From the NCBI GenBank assembly GCA_043228905.1, contig JBHGNT010000004.1, positions 7,812,001 to 7,876,000 on the forward strand: a stretch of DNA of 64,000 bases, in the 5' to 3' direction. Position 1 is the stretch's first letter, and every line of letters starts with the position of its first letter. The notes beneath the pieces were generated by a model. It was given only the letters and a program-made list of their open reading frames with translations. It was not told the origin of the DNA and ran no database searches. Below, in pieces: positions 35,250 to 49,200 of the stretch. Origin of the DNA: Azolla caroliniana (lineage: Eukaryota; Plantae; Polypodiophyta). The position numbers and the translations under genes are program-made.

Positions 35250-37111
35250 ATCTCTCTTCTCCTGTATTTACTTTCATCCGTCCATGGAAGTGTCTCTCCT
35301 TCTTAGGTCCTTTCATGCATGCATGATCTTCTGCTTTTGTTAAAGCACAAGGAGATGCATAGATAGTGGCCATGAAGAGCTGTCATTGAATCATACTACC
35401 ATTACACGGGCTCTCATATTTAGGTTATGCCTATGGTGATTTCATCAAGATGCATAAGATTAACACTAATAACACAAGGATTTGGGGTTTAATTGGTGCA
35501 ATCATTTTTATTAATATTAATTAGAAGCACGAGTATGTACTATTGGAAAATTTAAAATGCTCAAAGGCCATCTCCTAATATTTAAAAAACATAGAGGGTA
35601 TCATGGTAATTTGATATAATTGGTGCTGCTCATTATAATATTAAGTCCATGGCATAATCCTAGTTTGTGGGAAGCATGAGGTAAGTTACCATTAGCGTTT
35701 TAGAATTACTAATATCCCACCAAAACTAGTGTGTCAAGACTCAAGAATTTATCTTCACAAGGCAACATTTAATGTTTTGAAGCATGTAAGGAAAGTGCAA
35801 GGATGATAGACACAACCAACCACTAAGTATGCATGGAAGATCGAATGGCATTGGGATGAATTTCCATGTCACATATAGACGCCAATTTAACCACCACCTA
35901 TTGCTCACCAATTATCTATGCAATGATGGCCATGTTTGTTACACTTCTCACATTTCTCCTAGTAAGCAAAACAATAAGAATGGGTTCATCTTCCACATGG
36001 GACCGTGACTCAAATGTTAATATGAGAACCCTTTGTAGAATAACTGTGCAAAATACTATAAACATGATTGGAATTCACCTCATGAGACATTTGGACATCA
36101 GCTTACACGGAACAATTGTATGGACAAAAAAGTAGAAATTGTATTTCTGAGAAAAGCCCCCAAGAAAATCATGTTTTAGAGACTTCTTGAAAGGAAGCCC
36201 CTCAACTCTAATAAAGCATACATAGAAAAGATTGATAAGAAGCATATTTTAGTAATTCTGGAATGAACAAGCATATTTTATTGATTTTGGTTTGGTTTCA
36301 CTTTATATTCCAAGCAATAAATTTCTAATTTGACTAACCAAGATAAATGCTACTCTTTAATTTCTGCAGCATTATACATTATACATTCTGCAACATGTTT
36401 GTCATATCTGATTTGCAATGATTATACACGAGACGTCATAAATCATTTTAATTGCACAAAAAAAGCGATAGTACTTAAAAGACCTTTTATAAAATTGGTC
36501 TTTAATGAGCAACAGTACTAAAATGCTAAGTTTGATAACAATTTCATGATATAGCAATAGCAGAATCTTTCTCCAAAAGATTGTTTGTGGAAAGGTGGCG
36601 AATGTGATGGATGCATGAAACGTGAAATAACCATCCAAAGTGAATAAATGATCTCTTCAATAACTTTCTTAACAAGACTCAAGAATAAGCTGTGATTCGT
36701 GTATATAGCTCACTACCAGGTATAATATGTGACGGTCAAGAAACAGCCAAAAATGCTTGTAATGACATGACCCAGGGAATGATGTCCTAGAAAAGGCTGA
36801 GCATGCTTCACTTCCATCGCATTCAAATGATCAGGTAAAAATGCTGAATTTGCTGTCTGAAGTACAAAAAACTTGGAACAAGTCTGAACCTTTGTTATTC
36901 AAAGCAATGAACCACTACTTGCTCCCAATAATAAAATCTTTTCACATCAATTTTCCACATGTAAATAAAACCTGAACACCTACAATCAGTCACAGTTTCA
37001 ATTTTAAAATGGCTTGAAGACATTTAATCCCCTTAAAATACCCTTTACAATTGCTTTTGCTTATATATGGATGAATAGCAAAGAAAAGCAGAGGACCTTA
37101 TCTCCTTTATA

Positions 37112-40100
37112 TCAAGGCATTTGAATCGCATCTTCAATAGCTTCTTGCAGAAATTGAAGAGAAATCAAAATTGCTTCCTGTAAGAAGATGGGAGGGCAAT
37201 TCATTACTGAAGAACGACTTCTGATCAAATTCAGAATTGCAGACAGAAAAGGTTGCTTGTAAGACCGCAGTACATAGGGAATGAATCATTTCTTAAATGT
37301 AATTTGCAGAAGATATTTCTACTATCTACAATCTACTGGAAGTACTAATCACACAATCCCAATAGGAAACATTTAGTTTTTTTGCCAGATAAAGTGAGAA
37401 TACAACAGAATATAAAGAAAAGTGCAAGTAGCATTGGAGAAATGATGTTTTAGATATTCTGGTAATTGTTAATGAGTTTAATGTACCTCTGTCCGTATGG
37501 TTCGGCTCCCTTGTTTTGGACAAGTATTAAGGTATAGATCAAAGAGGCTAGTGATACTCCGTGCCTGCATGGATTGATACATTCAGAATTAAGATCATGT
37601 CATGATTGATCATAAAATACACAAATATTGAAGAAAAGGCATGGAGTTATTCAAAAATTCAAATGCATCCAATTTAGTATTGAGTTCAATCCAGAATGCT
37701 TTTTACCATGCGACACTAATGCTTGGTTTTTACGTTGCAGTACCATCAAATGCTGTATGCAACACCTTGATTCAGTCGTATACTTCGCGGAGTTTACAAT
37801 TCTAGATGTTTTGGGTTTGTGTGTCTTCTTTCTACGTGGGCCAGTCGAAATTGTGTGCTCACGAGAATTAATAATGCCATATGTCATTCTCTTTTCATAT
37901 GATTTTGATGGTATGCAACATTTTCTTGGAGCGTTAGAAGCATTTTGCAACCAAAGTAGTGGACAAACCATAAATGTGGATAAAACAAAATAATGGTATT
38001 GCATAGCATCCAACCTCACCGATCAGCAGCAGAGTGATACCCTATACAAGACCTTCATTCAGTCACATACTTTGAGATGTTCATATTTCTCGATATTTTG
38101 GGTTTGTGAGTCTCTTCAATTATAAAATTTCACTCTCAGATCAATGATTCCCTCATCAAAGATGTAAAGCAGAATCTACTTGTTCAACAGATGGCTATCG
38201 TTTCTTATCTGGCTTTTTTTAATTTTATTGATATACCTTGATAACCATGTGAATTAAGAAAGTAAAATATCTCAACAATGCATAGAATGGGTTCTTGAAG
38301 AGAAAAACAACACAGAGCTTAAACAACCAAAATAAACATATACAAAACAGTAACTACAGCTGAAATGAATTCAAGCCTTGAAATTAGGAAAAAGGTTCAG
38401 ATGAGCATGATAAAGACAAAACGAAGACACAATTGGCACAGCCCATGCTCCTAAGGAGATGAGGATCTCGATTGAAAAATCTACTCTATACTGATGGTAA
38501 TGCGAACAGGCTACGACTGACAAGATAGAAGATGAGTGACTCGCCAGGTGTAATGATTGTCAGGCCACTGTAAAGTTTCAAGAGACCCAGCTTCGAGCCA
38601 ATCTCAAGGTCTTAGGGCACAGATAACACCAAAGTAAACCATAATATCTATTGGTCAGAAGTAGAAATAAAGATGAGAAAGAAAGAAAGATATATTAACA
38701 TCTTTTAAGATGCCAAAATGGCCAATAAGACCAAACAAGAGATTACATCTACATGCACATAGATAAAAACAAAGTACTTACCATTTACATGCATACATCT
38801 ATAAACAACGTACATGCAATCTACATACAAAGAAAGGTACTTGTGCATAAGAAAGGCACCCATTTTATTGATTCAAGGGAGAATTACTAGAATATGTTTA
38901 TGTGATATACCTGGAGTTTCTTGTCAAGCTCTAAGCTTTCTTCAAGACCACTAAGACCCCCAAATACAATCAGCAAGTGCCTATCAAATTAATACGTTCA
39001 TTCCTTGTTAATTCATGTGAATAAACAAATAAATAAATGATTTCTCCACGAGCACTTGCTTGTCAGCAGACAATTACTACATGCCTGCACTTTGGTATGG
39101 AAAGGTCAGAAGACCTAATTTGCTTGCCATGTTCAGATGTCCCAATGCAATAATCATATTTATTCTGCATCGAACTTGTAGTCAAATAAGAATGAAACAT
39201 CTTGAATAATAGGGAATTCAATAAAAAAGAAACAGACTCATCTGGTTTACCTCAAATGGGCATTCATCAAAGACTGCACTCAAACAACTTGCATATCGCA
39301 CTCTGTATCCCCAGTAATGACCTGCTTGTCGAACAGTTTCATGATCAACTACCTGCAACACATCTCCTACAATAGGCTCTTAGAGAACAGTACCAAATGA
39401 TGGATCAGTGACAAGATGAATCATGTGCCTTTACCGACACTAGTAAGGATCACCTCAGATATGTAAGGAAATCTTTTTATTCCAAACGAACTGTATTTGA
39501 GGAGAATAGTATAGCAGGGAATAGATCAAGATAGGGAGAGGGTTATATGATGTCACTAAACCATGTGTGAGACTAAAGTGATAAACTCATCTCAATTTAA
39601 TTTAAGATATTATAGATAGATTGTAAATGGATTGCTTAATTTTTGTTCTTCATGCTGGTCTTAACTGCCCTGCATTAACTCTTAGGGAAAAACAATATCG
39701 GCTTTACTACAAAAAGAAAAGATATGTGCACTTTCACTTGTGTGGTGCTTGGAAATTTTTGCTAGTTACTGTTCTTGCTGCGCAAACTTTTACAGAGTGG
39801 TCTAAAACATGTTCTATACATAAAATACACGTTTTTCAACTATGACTGAAACTTTCAATTTCTTTGGTGTTGATACACAATAGGGTGCAGAACATATGCA
39901 CTGAATTTTGCTTTGCAGCAAGTCTCTGCATATCATCAAATTATAAACAATGGAACAAATTATAACACCAATTGCTTGAGAAGGCAATGGTTTCTGCCAA
40001 ATGTGCTGTGCAACTCTTGCTTATGGAGTCAACTTGTGTAGTGGCAGCATGACATAAATGATAAGGAGACAAGTAAAAATTATGTGACCAATTGCGAAAA

Positions 40101-43100
40101 AATCATTCCCTTAGACATTAATGATAATCATGCTTTTTGGAGATATAAGAAAAGTTTGCTGAAGTCAGTACTAATTCCACCTTAGAACCAAAACTGGCAT
40201 GTAAAAGAGTATGAGACTACACTGCTGACTGCCTAAGCATATTTACAAACTTTAAAAGGATAAAAATCAAAACATAAGAGTTGGAGGTACCAGTGTTCAT
40301 TGACTTGCCCATGGATACAGTAACACGAGTTCCGGACTTCAATGATTGTGAAACTTGAACTTCCTGCAAATTGAAAGGTTTAATTTGTCACATAGAACAG
40401 AGTTTGAGAAAATGTAGTCCATTTGAACATTTATCATAGGACTGCAAAGCTCATCTCTCTACTAGCTTCTGCTAATTTCATCAATAGAAACCTTGCATAG
40501 CCAATACACCAACAAAACAACACACAGCATCAGTAATGTCTCTCACAAATGCATCAATGAGAAAAGCTGTAGCAATCAAAATAGCATAAAGTGGTCGGCT
40601 AAAACTCTTAAGCTTTACTTGGAACTGTACAAAACTAAAATCTACAATTGTTTAATTCAGAAACCAATTTCAGCACAACCCTACCATTTCATTTGGTAGC
40701 TATGGCATCAGTGAATGTAGATAGCCTCTAAAGTATGGCAATGACGAACAGCAAATCATTTTACCCCTATGTTTTGAATGACATCTTAGTTATGGTATGA
40801 AAGCTCTCATCAAGTGGCATAGGACATTGTTCTCCAACAAGTTTCACCCAGTTATCTTGATACAGTTTTCATTCCAAATGCTCAGACTCTAGCCTCAATT
40901 TTACTCATCAATTCAATTTGACAAATTCGCGAGATCACATCAGCAATTTCTAGAGAGTAAAATACAATATAATATTTATGGCCAGTAATAATACATAAAC
41001 AGAATACCCAAATGCAAGAGTATATGGATAACGTAAGCTTCAGTTCAAATAATGTTTTTATCAGCAGTAATACAAATCAAGGACGTAGGAAACCTTATTA
41101 TGCTTAAAAATAGCAATTATACAACCATCACCCACCAAGTCTTTTAACATTCTACACCCGCTGATAGTGAAATGATGAGATTGCCACTAATGATGGAGAA
41201 CTAACAATTTGCGCGGTTCAGGCTAAAAAATGTAATACATACTTGGTTATCTAAAGGAATGGAGATGATCCATAGACAAACCTTATCAAGACCAACATCA
41301 ACATACGATCCTGACCCAGGAGAAGGAACTTTATCCAGCACAACTCCTAAAAAGTTCAGAAGTTTACCCATTTATGTCAATACTATCAATAAACAATTCA
41401 GGGTAACCCACATGAGAGAGGATACTTTGATGACGGAAGCTTACCCTCACGAAAAGGTCCCCTCTCATGCTTTCGTAGATGATGAGGTGCATCAAGGGGA
41501 GGCAACTTTCCCTGTTGGATTATATAATAAATCTAAATATATTAAAAATCTGGTGTGCAATTGTTAAAAATGTTTGGAGTAGCAATAGTAATACTCACAA
41601 CACTGCTAAGGCTCCTATGCATAGGAATCAATGCCCGACGTAGGTACTGAGGAACCTCTAAATACTCTAGAATTTGAACCATAAAAAGTCCACCTTCTAG
41701 ATTGCCATTTTGCTCGGTGGCTTGCACGTTTACTCCATCATAATCATCAAAAACCACTATCTATACATGCACAGAAAGGATAAACTATTGATCAGAAATT
41801 CAAATTAAAGCACTGCCAAATGACAACTTTAAGTTCCAAAATCAAGCTAGAAATTCATGATGTCAGTGGACCCTCTTTTCTCAAAGATATGGATGTTGAA
41901 GAACCAAATATCTACCAACAGGAAATTTCAATGAGATAAAAACTGTTTTACAATATATTTGGCTCATCATCACGATTGTTGGTTTTAGTTTTACCACCTC
42001 CCAGGAAAAAAAGATTATGCATTTCTTTGAGAAAGTAGTTCACAACAAGATCTATCTCTTTCAATTTCACATCTAAAACCTATACCTAGACATTATCTGT
42101 GGGATAACTTAGGTACATAAAACAATAATACAGACCTCATCAATTCTGAAAATCGCAGCTGCCCTTGCAATTTGCCCTGCTAACTGCAAATCATGGCATT
42201 AAAACTATTGTTCAAAATAAATGCTCCATGAAAAAGAAAATTCTGAGAGAAACAATGCTTTCAAAACCTAAAATCTAGTATACCACGCCTTCCAAAAAGC
42301 CATGATACTACTTGTAGAATATGTAAATAACATGATGAATTTTCAATATAAAAAATGTACATAGATATTCAAGTTTCTACATGTACGTGACATGATGACT
42401 ATTTAAATATAAATGCAATGCTCTTACTTAGAAAATATTGTAACCAGTGTATTTCATGAGTAATCTTACTATAGTTGCCAACTCGAGCGACTGTGCATTG
42501 TCAACAATGGACCCCGCAACAGCTATGCTGATAGTAGGCTTACTCAAAGAATCTTTAGATGAATCCAGAAAATCATTGCCCTTCCTTAAAACGTTTTCTA
42601 GTTCTTGTATACACTGGAATTTCACTTCATTCTTTTCTTTCTTTGTTTTCTCTAGTTTTTCTGTGAACTGAGGTTTAATTTCTTTCTTCTCTTTCTTCTC
42701 TTTCTTCCCTTTCTTCTCTTTCTTCTCGTTCTTCTCTTTCTCTAGTTTCTGTACAAACTGCGGTTTACTTTCTTCCTTTTCTCGTTGTTCTTTCTTTACT
42801 TTTTTCCCTTCTCTAGATTGTTGAGTGATTGAAGTGCTATTTTGTAAATCTTCTTCACGTTGCGAAAATATATTTAAATGTTGATCAAAATCTTGCTCTT
42901 TACAAGTATAAGTCTCAGACAATTTTTGTTTCTTAATAGGTTGCACGCTATTCATCACCGTATCAACTCCTTCAATCTTATTGATTGATTGTATTTCCTT
43001 CTTCTTGATAGGCTCCACAATATTAATAACCATATCATCTTCGTCAGCTTCAATTTCACCACTTGATCGGTTTTCATGATTGCTAACTAGTGTTCCATTC

Positions 43101-43735
43101 TTCTTGATAGGCTGCACAATATTAATCACCATATCATCCTCCTCAATTTCATCATTTGATTGGTTTTCATTGTTATTACATAGTATACTCTCATCCTCAG
43201 CATATTTCTGGGCAGAAGTACTATTCTTCACAATTATTTCTTCTTTTTTAGGCGACACTATCTTTGGCATGACCTCGTCCTCATTATTCTGATGCAACCA
43301 TAAATCGCGATGATCAAAGGGAAGGGCACCTTCGTCTTCTTCATCTTTTTTCCTCTTCTTCTCTTTCTTCATCTCTTTCTTCTTGACAAGTTCATTGTTC
43401 TTTACTGCTTCATAACTCTCTCCTTCACTTCGTCGTTTTTTCATCTTATTTACTTCCTTTCGATAAATCTCTTTACTTCGGTTCAATTCATCACTCTCTA
43501 CTCCACCATAGCTATAATCACGAAAGGGAGAAAGATCAGAGGATTTCAGCAGCATTTCCTTACCGTTCTTTCCAAGCTCATGATGGTCTTCAAAGAAGTC
43601 GTCGCCGTCGTGGTCGACAATGGGATGTGGTTCGTCATGGCTCTTCATGAAACCTTGGACACTGGAAATGCCTTGAGGAGGAGTGCCTCTGCTTCTCTTC
43701 TCTCTCTGCCTCTCCTTCTTCATCTTCATCTTCAA
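37112..43735 (-). CDS. SPOUT1: SPOUT-domain RNA methyltransferase, C9orf114/SPOUT1 (CENP-32) family, multi-exon
   Basis: Exons (approximate): 43735-42470 (..TISIAVAGSIVDNAQSLELATI), 42183-42136 (LAGQIARAAAIFRIDE), 41760-41599 (..LEYLEVPQYLRRAL..), 41511-41445 (LPPLDAPHH), 41347-41282, 40363-40291, a possible micro-exon near 39435-39453, 39352-39251 (YWGYRVR), 39164-39085 (IGTSEHG), 38980-38911 (HLLIVFGG), 37564-37487 (LNTCPKQGSRTIRTE), 37177-37112 (EAILISL..*). Confidence 0.92.
37860..38010 (+). mobile_element. Intronic LINE RT fragment
   Basis: VILFSYDFDGMQHFLGALEAFCNQSSGQTINVDKTK resembles the LINE RT segment after YADD. Confidence 0.55.
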
Positions 43736-43844
43736 AGTTCACCTTCACCTTCACCTTCTGCTGTCTGGTGCCTGCTTCCTTCCTCCGTTCCACCGAAAAC
43801 CTCGACAGTTAGATACGTATAGCTCTATCAAAAACCTCCATATC

Positions 43845-44032
43845 CTTCTTCTTCTTCTTCTTCTTCTTCTTCTTCTTCTTCTCTCATTCCAAATCACATG
43901 CATACATACATGCTACATACATACATACATACATACATACATACATACATACATACATACATACATACATACATAGCCTTCCCTTCACGACGCTCGTGTC
44001 TAACTATGTATGTATGTATGTATGTATGTATA
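43845..44032. repeat. Microsatellites (CTT)n and (TACA)n/(TATG)n upstream of the SPOUT1 start
   Basis: Directly visible. Confidence 0.95.
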
Positions 44033-46237
44033 TGTACAACAACTAAATCATAAAGAGGCCTGGCCAAGGAATCGCGGCCACGGACGGTGCAGAGAGCGCG
44101 TAGGCGAGGGCACGTGCGATCTGCACCGTCCTATGTGGACAAAAAAAAAGCAACGCACCATCAAAAATTCACTTTATGGGGAGCCCGAGGAGCCCGACCA
44201 TTGAAATTGCAGGAGCCCAAGGAGCTCAACTCAGCTGAAGGCAGGAGACCGACCCTGACCCATATATATATGTTGTGGTATGGGAAGAGAATTTTGAAAT
44301 ATTATTTCTGTGGTGGCGAGGGCGGGGAAAATGGAGAAGACGATTCTGCAAATTGAAACCCTAGTAGACCGTTTAGGGTTTTAGGCTGTTATTAACGCTT
44401 CTTTTTGTTAGGTATTGCTCTGTTCTTTCATTTTCCTCCCTCCCTTCATTCATTTTGGTGCTATATGTAACTGGTATGTTTATCTCTAGTAAAAATAAAA
44501 GCCTTAAACTCCAGCTAAAATCAATCATTATCATGAGAGGTTTAGGCTCCGTTGAACAAGCCTTGGTCATGAGGATAAAGTGAGAAAGGAAGTATTGGTT
44601 TCTATCATTTATTGATTTGCTTCTCCCCCCTCTCCCCTATAATCATTAATGTTATATGTTATTATATTTTGGGAGATTTATCCCTCACATGATTCGTGGT
44701 GTTAGAGTTATGTTCTAAAGTAAGCATGAGATAAGCATATCAAGGAGAGAGAGAAAGAAAGGTGTTGATCCACCCGACCACCCCCGAGCGAAGGGATCGA
44801 GATGGACTCGAGCCTCGATCGGAGTTCCATACCATTGTCGTGGCGTCGAGTCGTACCTGGTGTTGGTGTGCTCGCTACAAGAGTTGACCCACCACAAGGA
44901 CGGAATCTCGACGTAGTCAAGAGATGATGAAATGAGGGTAGTTAGGCCTCATATTTATAGCCAAACCCAAGGCCCCCAGGCAAGTTCACACTTGGCCTAA
45001 TGGGTTGTCTCAATCCCGAGGATTAAAAGTAATCCTCCCCTTCTTTACACTCTCGTTTAACCCTCACACTTTATCCATGTGTATAGAATACTACGGTACA
45101 CTCTCACCACGGGATATTATGTGGTCATGCCCGTAACGTACTCCCCCTCTTTAAAACATTGCACTCTTGCCATGGAAAGTTAGGGAAGTTAGTTGTAAGT
45201 GTATTTTCTCGTTCCCATATGACATCTTTGATAGACTTATCCATCCATTTTATTTTAAATTCTCGGATTATTTTAGAACGCAAATTTTTTGTTTTAACAT
45301 CGAGAATTCTTTCTGGTACATGTGGTTTGGAAGATAGTTCTTCAAAAGTAACCAGAGTTTCAGTTGTAACTGTATTGTCACCAAAACCTAGACGTTCTTT
45401 TAGACGACTTACATGAAAAACTAGATTGATTTCAATGCCATCAGGAAGAGTGAGACAATAGGCTAATGAACCAATTCGTTTTAGGACTATAAAAGGTCCA
45501 CAAAACCATGGGGCTAACTTAGCGCACTTACCCATAGACAATGTCTTAGAATTGTGAGGTACACGTAAAAATACCTTGTGTCCAGGGTTGAATACACGAG
45601 GTTGCCTATTATGATCGGCATAAAAACGTGCTCTATCTTGAGCAGTTTTTATATTATCTCTTGCAATATGTAGCATATCTTGCATATCCCGAAGAAAGTT
45701 TTGCGTACGTCGCAACTCATCATGATGTATATTAACATCAATCCGAGCTCGTGGTTGAAAACCATACATCAACATAAAAGGACTATATCCCATCGATGTA
45801 TGTTTGGAGCTGTTATGAGCAAAATCCAAAATTGGGAGATAACGTTCCCATTTTGTTGGTTTTGTACCAACATATGCATGGAGCATATCCTCAATAATTT
45901 GATTTACTCATTTTGTTTGTCCATCGGATTGAGGATGATTCGTGGAGCTCATGCTCAATGTAGTTTCTAACTTCTTAAAGACTTGCATCCAAAAGTCGCT
46001 AGTAAACTTTGGATCTCGATCACTCACGATATCCATTGGTAACCCATAAAAACGAAATAACTCGTCAACAAATTGGCAAGCCAATTCAGGAGTTGTTACC
46101 ATGGCTTTAGTAGCAATAAATCTGGCCATTTTAGTAAGTCGATCAACCACAACCTAGATGGCATCATGGCCTTTTTGGGTGCGAGGAAGGCTAACAATAA
46201 AATCCATGGATATACTTTCCCACTTAGTATTGGGAAT

Positions 46238-49200
46238 TGAAGGGAATAACGCGGAATATTGCTTGACCACAACTGAGTCTTGAACATTTCTCTGCGAATG
46301 AAACATAGAAATGGGAAGTGGAGAGTACACAAAGGAAATACACAGGATGTTTACATGGAAAACCCTAAATGGGAAAAACCACGGGAGCCCACGGACTCCA
46401 ACTATCACTATAGGAGAAATGTACAATCAGAGCCTTGGAGGCAATGACCTCAAGCTCTGTATCGTTGCCAACCGGCAGTTACAACAGAGTATCGCTCTAT
46501 ATCTCACTCACTCTCTCTGTGTCGCTCTCTCTATACAACAATATGACAATAACAACTACCTTAAAGTGATTGCCCTAAGTCATATTTATACTTATATGAA
46601 CTTAGGGCTATTTACAAATATAGCCTCAATAGGCTTGCTCAAGACATATTTACGAATATGTCTCTCTTCCGGTTCTTACCAGCTCTCCTCCGATTTCCAG
46701 ATCTCTTCCGGTTCTCACCGGGTCCCCTTTATTCATCACCGGATCCCATCCGGAGAGACCGATTTCCCAACAATCTCCCCCTTCACTCCGGCATGGGATA
46801 TCTTGTTAGCCCGATCTGCTTTCGGCACGCATCTAGCTTGTCGGTTGTCAGGACTTTGGTCAGCATGTCCGACTCGTTCTCCTCCGTGTGGATCTTCATC
46901 AACACGAACTCTTGATCTTCTACTCTCTCCCGGATCAAGTTATTAGAGATATGATCTAATGTAAGCGTATGATAAGGAGAAAAGAATGATAGATAGAAAG
47001 GAGAGAGAGAAAGAAGGGTGTCGATCCACCCGACCACCCCCGAGTGAAGGGATCAAGACGGACTCAAGCCTCGATCGGCGTCCCATACCACCGTCGTGGC
47101 GTTGAGTCGTACCTGGTGATGGCGCGCTCGCTACAAGAGTTGACCCACCACAAGAGTAGAGTCTTGATGTAGTCAAAAGATGATGAAATGAGGGTAGCTA
47201 GGCCTCTTATTTATAGCGATACCCAAGGTCCCCAAGCAAGTTCACACTTTGCCTAATGAGTTGTCTCAATCCTGAGGATTAAAAGTAATCCTCCCCTTCT
47301 TTACATTCTCGTTTAACCCTCACACTTATCCACGTGTATAGAATACTACAATAAATTCTCACCACGGGATATTATATGGTCATGCACGTAACACCAATGG
47401 TACTTCCGCTGGATATGTTTCGTCCGGGAATGGTAGGCAACGTTCTTTGCAAGGTGGATGGCACTTTGACTGTCGTAGTAGAGCCGATATTCCTCCTATT
47501 GGATCCCTAGCTCTCCGATGACGTCCTTCATCCAAATTATCTCCTTGCCGGCTTCCATAGTTGCCATGTACTCTACCTCCATGGTTGACAACGCAACCGT
47601 CTTTTGCAATCTCGATTGCCACGAGACAACTCCCCTAGCATAAGTCATGACATATCCAGATGTCGACCGACTAGTATCCACATCAGCCGACATATCCGAA
47701 TCCGTGAATCCGTCAAGTTGGGGATTATCGGAGCCGAACCGGAGGCACATACTCGGGGTGCCTTTCAGATACTGGAGTATCCACTTGACCGTGTTCCAAT
47801 GCTCTCTTCCGGGATTGCTCATGAACCGGCTCACCACTCCGACTGCATATCCGATATCTGGCTGGGTACATACCATTGCGTACATCAGGATCCCGACGGC
47901 AGAGGCATATGGTATCTTCATCATATCCGTCTTCTCTGCCTTTGTCCTCGGGCTTTGCTTTCCGAACATCATGCAATTTTCCGGAAGTGTCAATTCGACC
48001 AGTTTTGTCTCCGACATGTTGAACCGTTGAAGCACCTTTGTCACGTACTTCTCCTGTGACAACCACACCAGCTTCTTCGACTGGTCCCGGATGATGTGCA
48101 TTCCCAATATCTGTCTTACCGGACCCAAGTCTTTCATTGAGAAGGTTCGGTTCGGAGCCTTCTTTAGCATCTGAATCTTGCCTTGGTCTCTCCAACGATC
48201 AACATATCATCCACATATAGGAGGAGTATCAGGAAATCTCCTCCATCCAATTTCTTCACAAACACGTAGTGATCGGCATGCATCTTGTGGTACCCTTGGT
48301 CGGTCATGAAGGAGTCGAACTTCTGGTACCATTACCGGGGAGCTTGCTTCAGTTCGTATAGGCTCTTCTTCAGCCGGCACACCAAGTGCTCCTTTCCTTT
48401 CTTCTCAAATCCTTCTAGTTGATGCAAGTAGATCTCTTCTTCGAGGTCACCATGAAGGAATGCCGCCTTCACATCCAATTGCTCTACCTCGAGGTTCATG
48501 CTTGCCGCTATGCCCAATACCGTCTAGATGGATGTCACCTTTACTACCGGGGCAAAGATCTCATCATAGTTCACTCCTTTCTTCTACTGGAAGCCCTTCA
48601 CTACGATTCGGGCCTTATACCTTGGTGGATTTCTGACATCTCTCGGTTTCAGCTTGTACACCCACTTATTCCGGAGTGCTCTCTTCCCTTTTGACAACTC
48701 CGTCAGTTCATATGTGTGGTTCTCATGAAGGGAATCCATCTCGTCCTGCATGGCACTCAACCACTTGCGGCTGTGGGTGTCTCTCTTTGCTTCTTCGAAG
48801 CTTTCCGACTCCCACTCATCGGTTAGCAACACATGCTCTGCATCCAAAAATCTCCGGGGGGCTCTTCTCTCTCGGAGAGGATATCTCCCTCCTTGGTTTC
48901 TTACTATCGGTTCCTCCGTTTGTTCCTCATTTGAATCTGATTCGGGATCTTGTCCAGTTCCGGTGTCTTCTTCTTCTTCTTCTTCTTCTTCGGTCGGTTC
49001 GGTTTCTTGTCCGAATCTGGCCGGTTCATCGAGTGTCATCCGGTTCCCGGCTAACATTCGGTTTTCAACCGGATAGGTCCTTGTGTCCTCAGGCTGGTTT
49101 TCATTGGATGATCCGGAGTTGATCATCTTCTTCTCTGACTCCTAGTTGGCAATGGTCTTGTCTTCCATGAAGACCGTGTCCCGACTTCGGAACACCTTCT

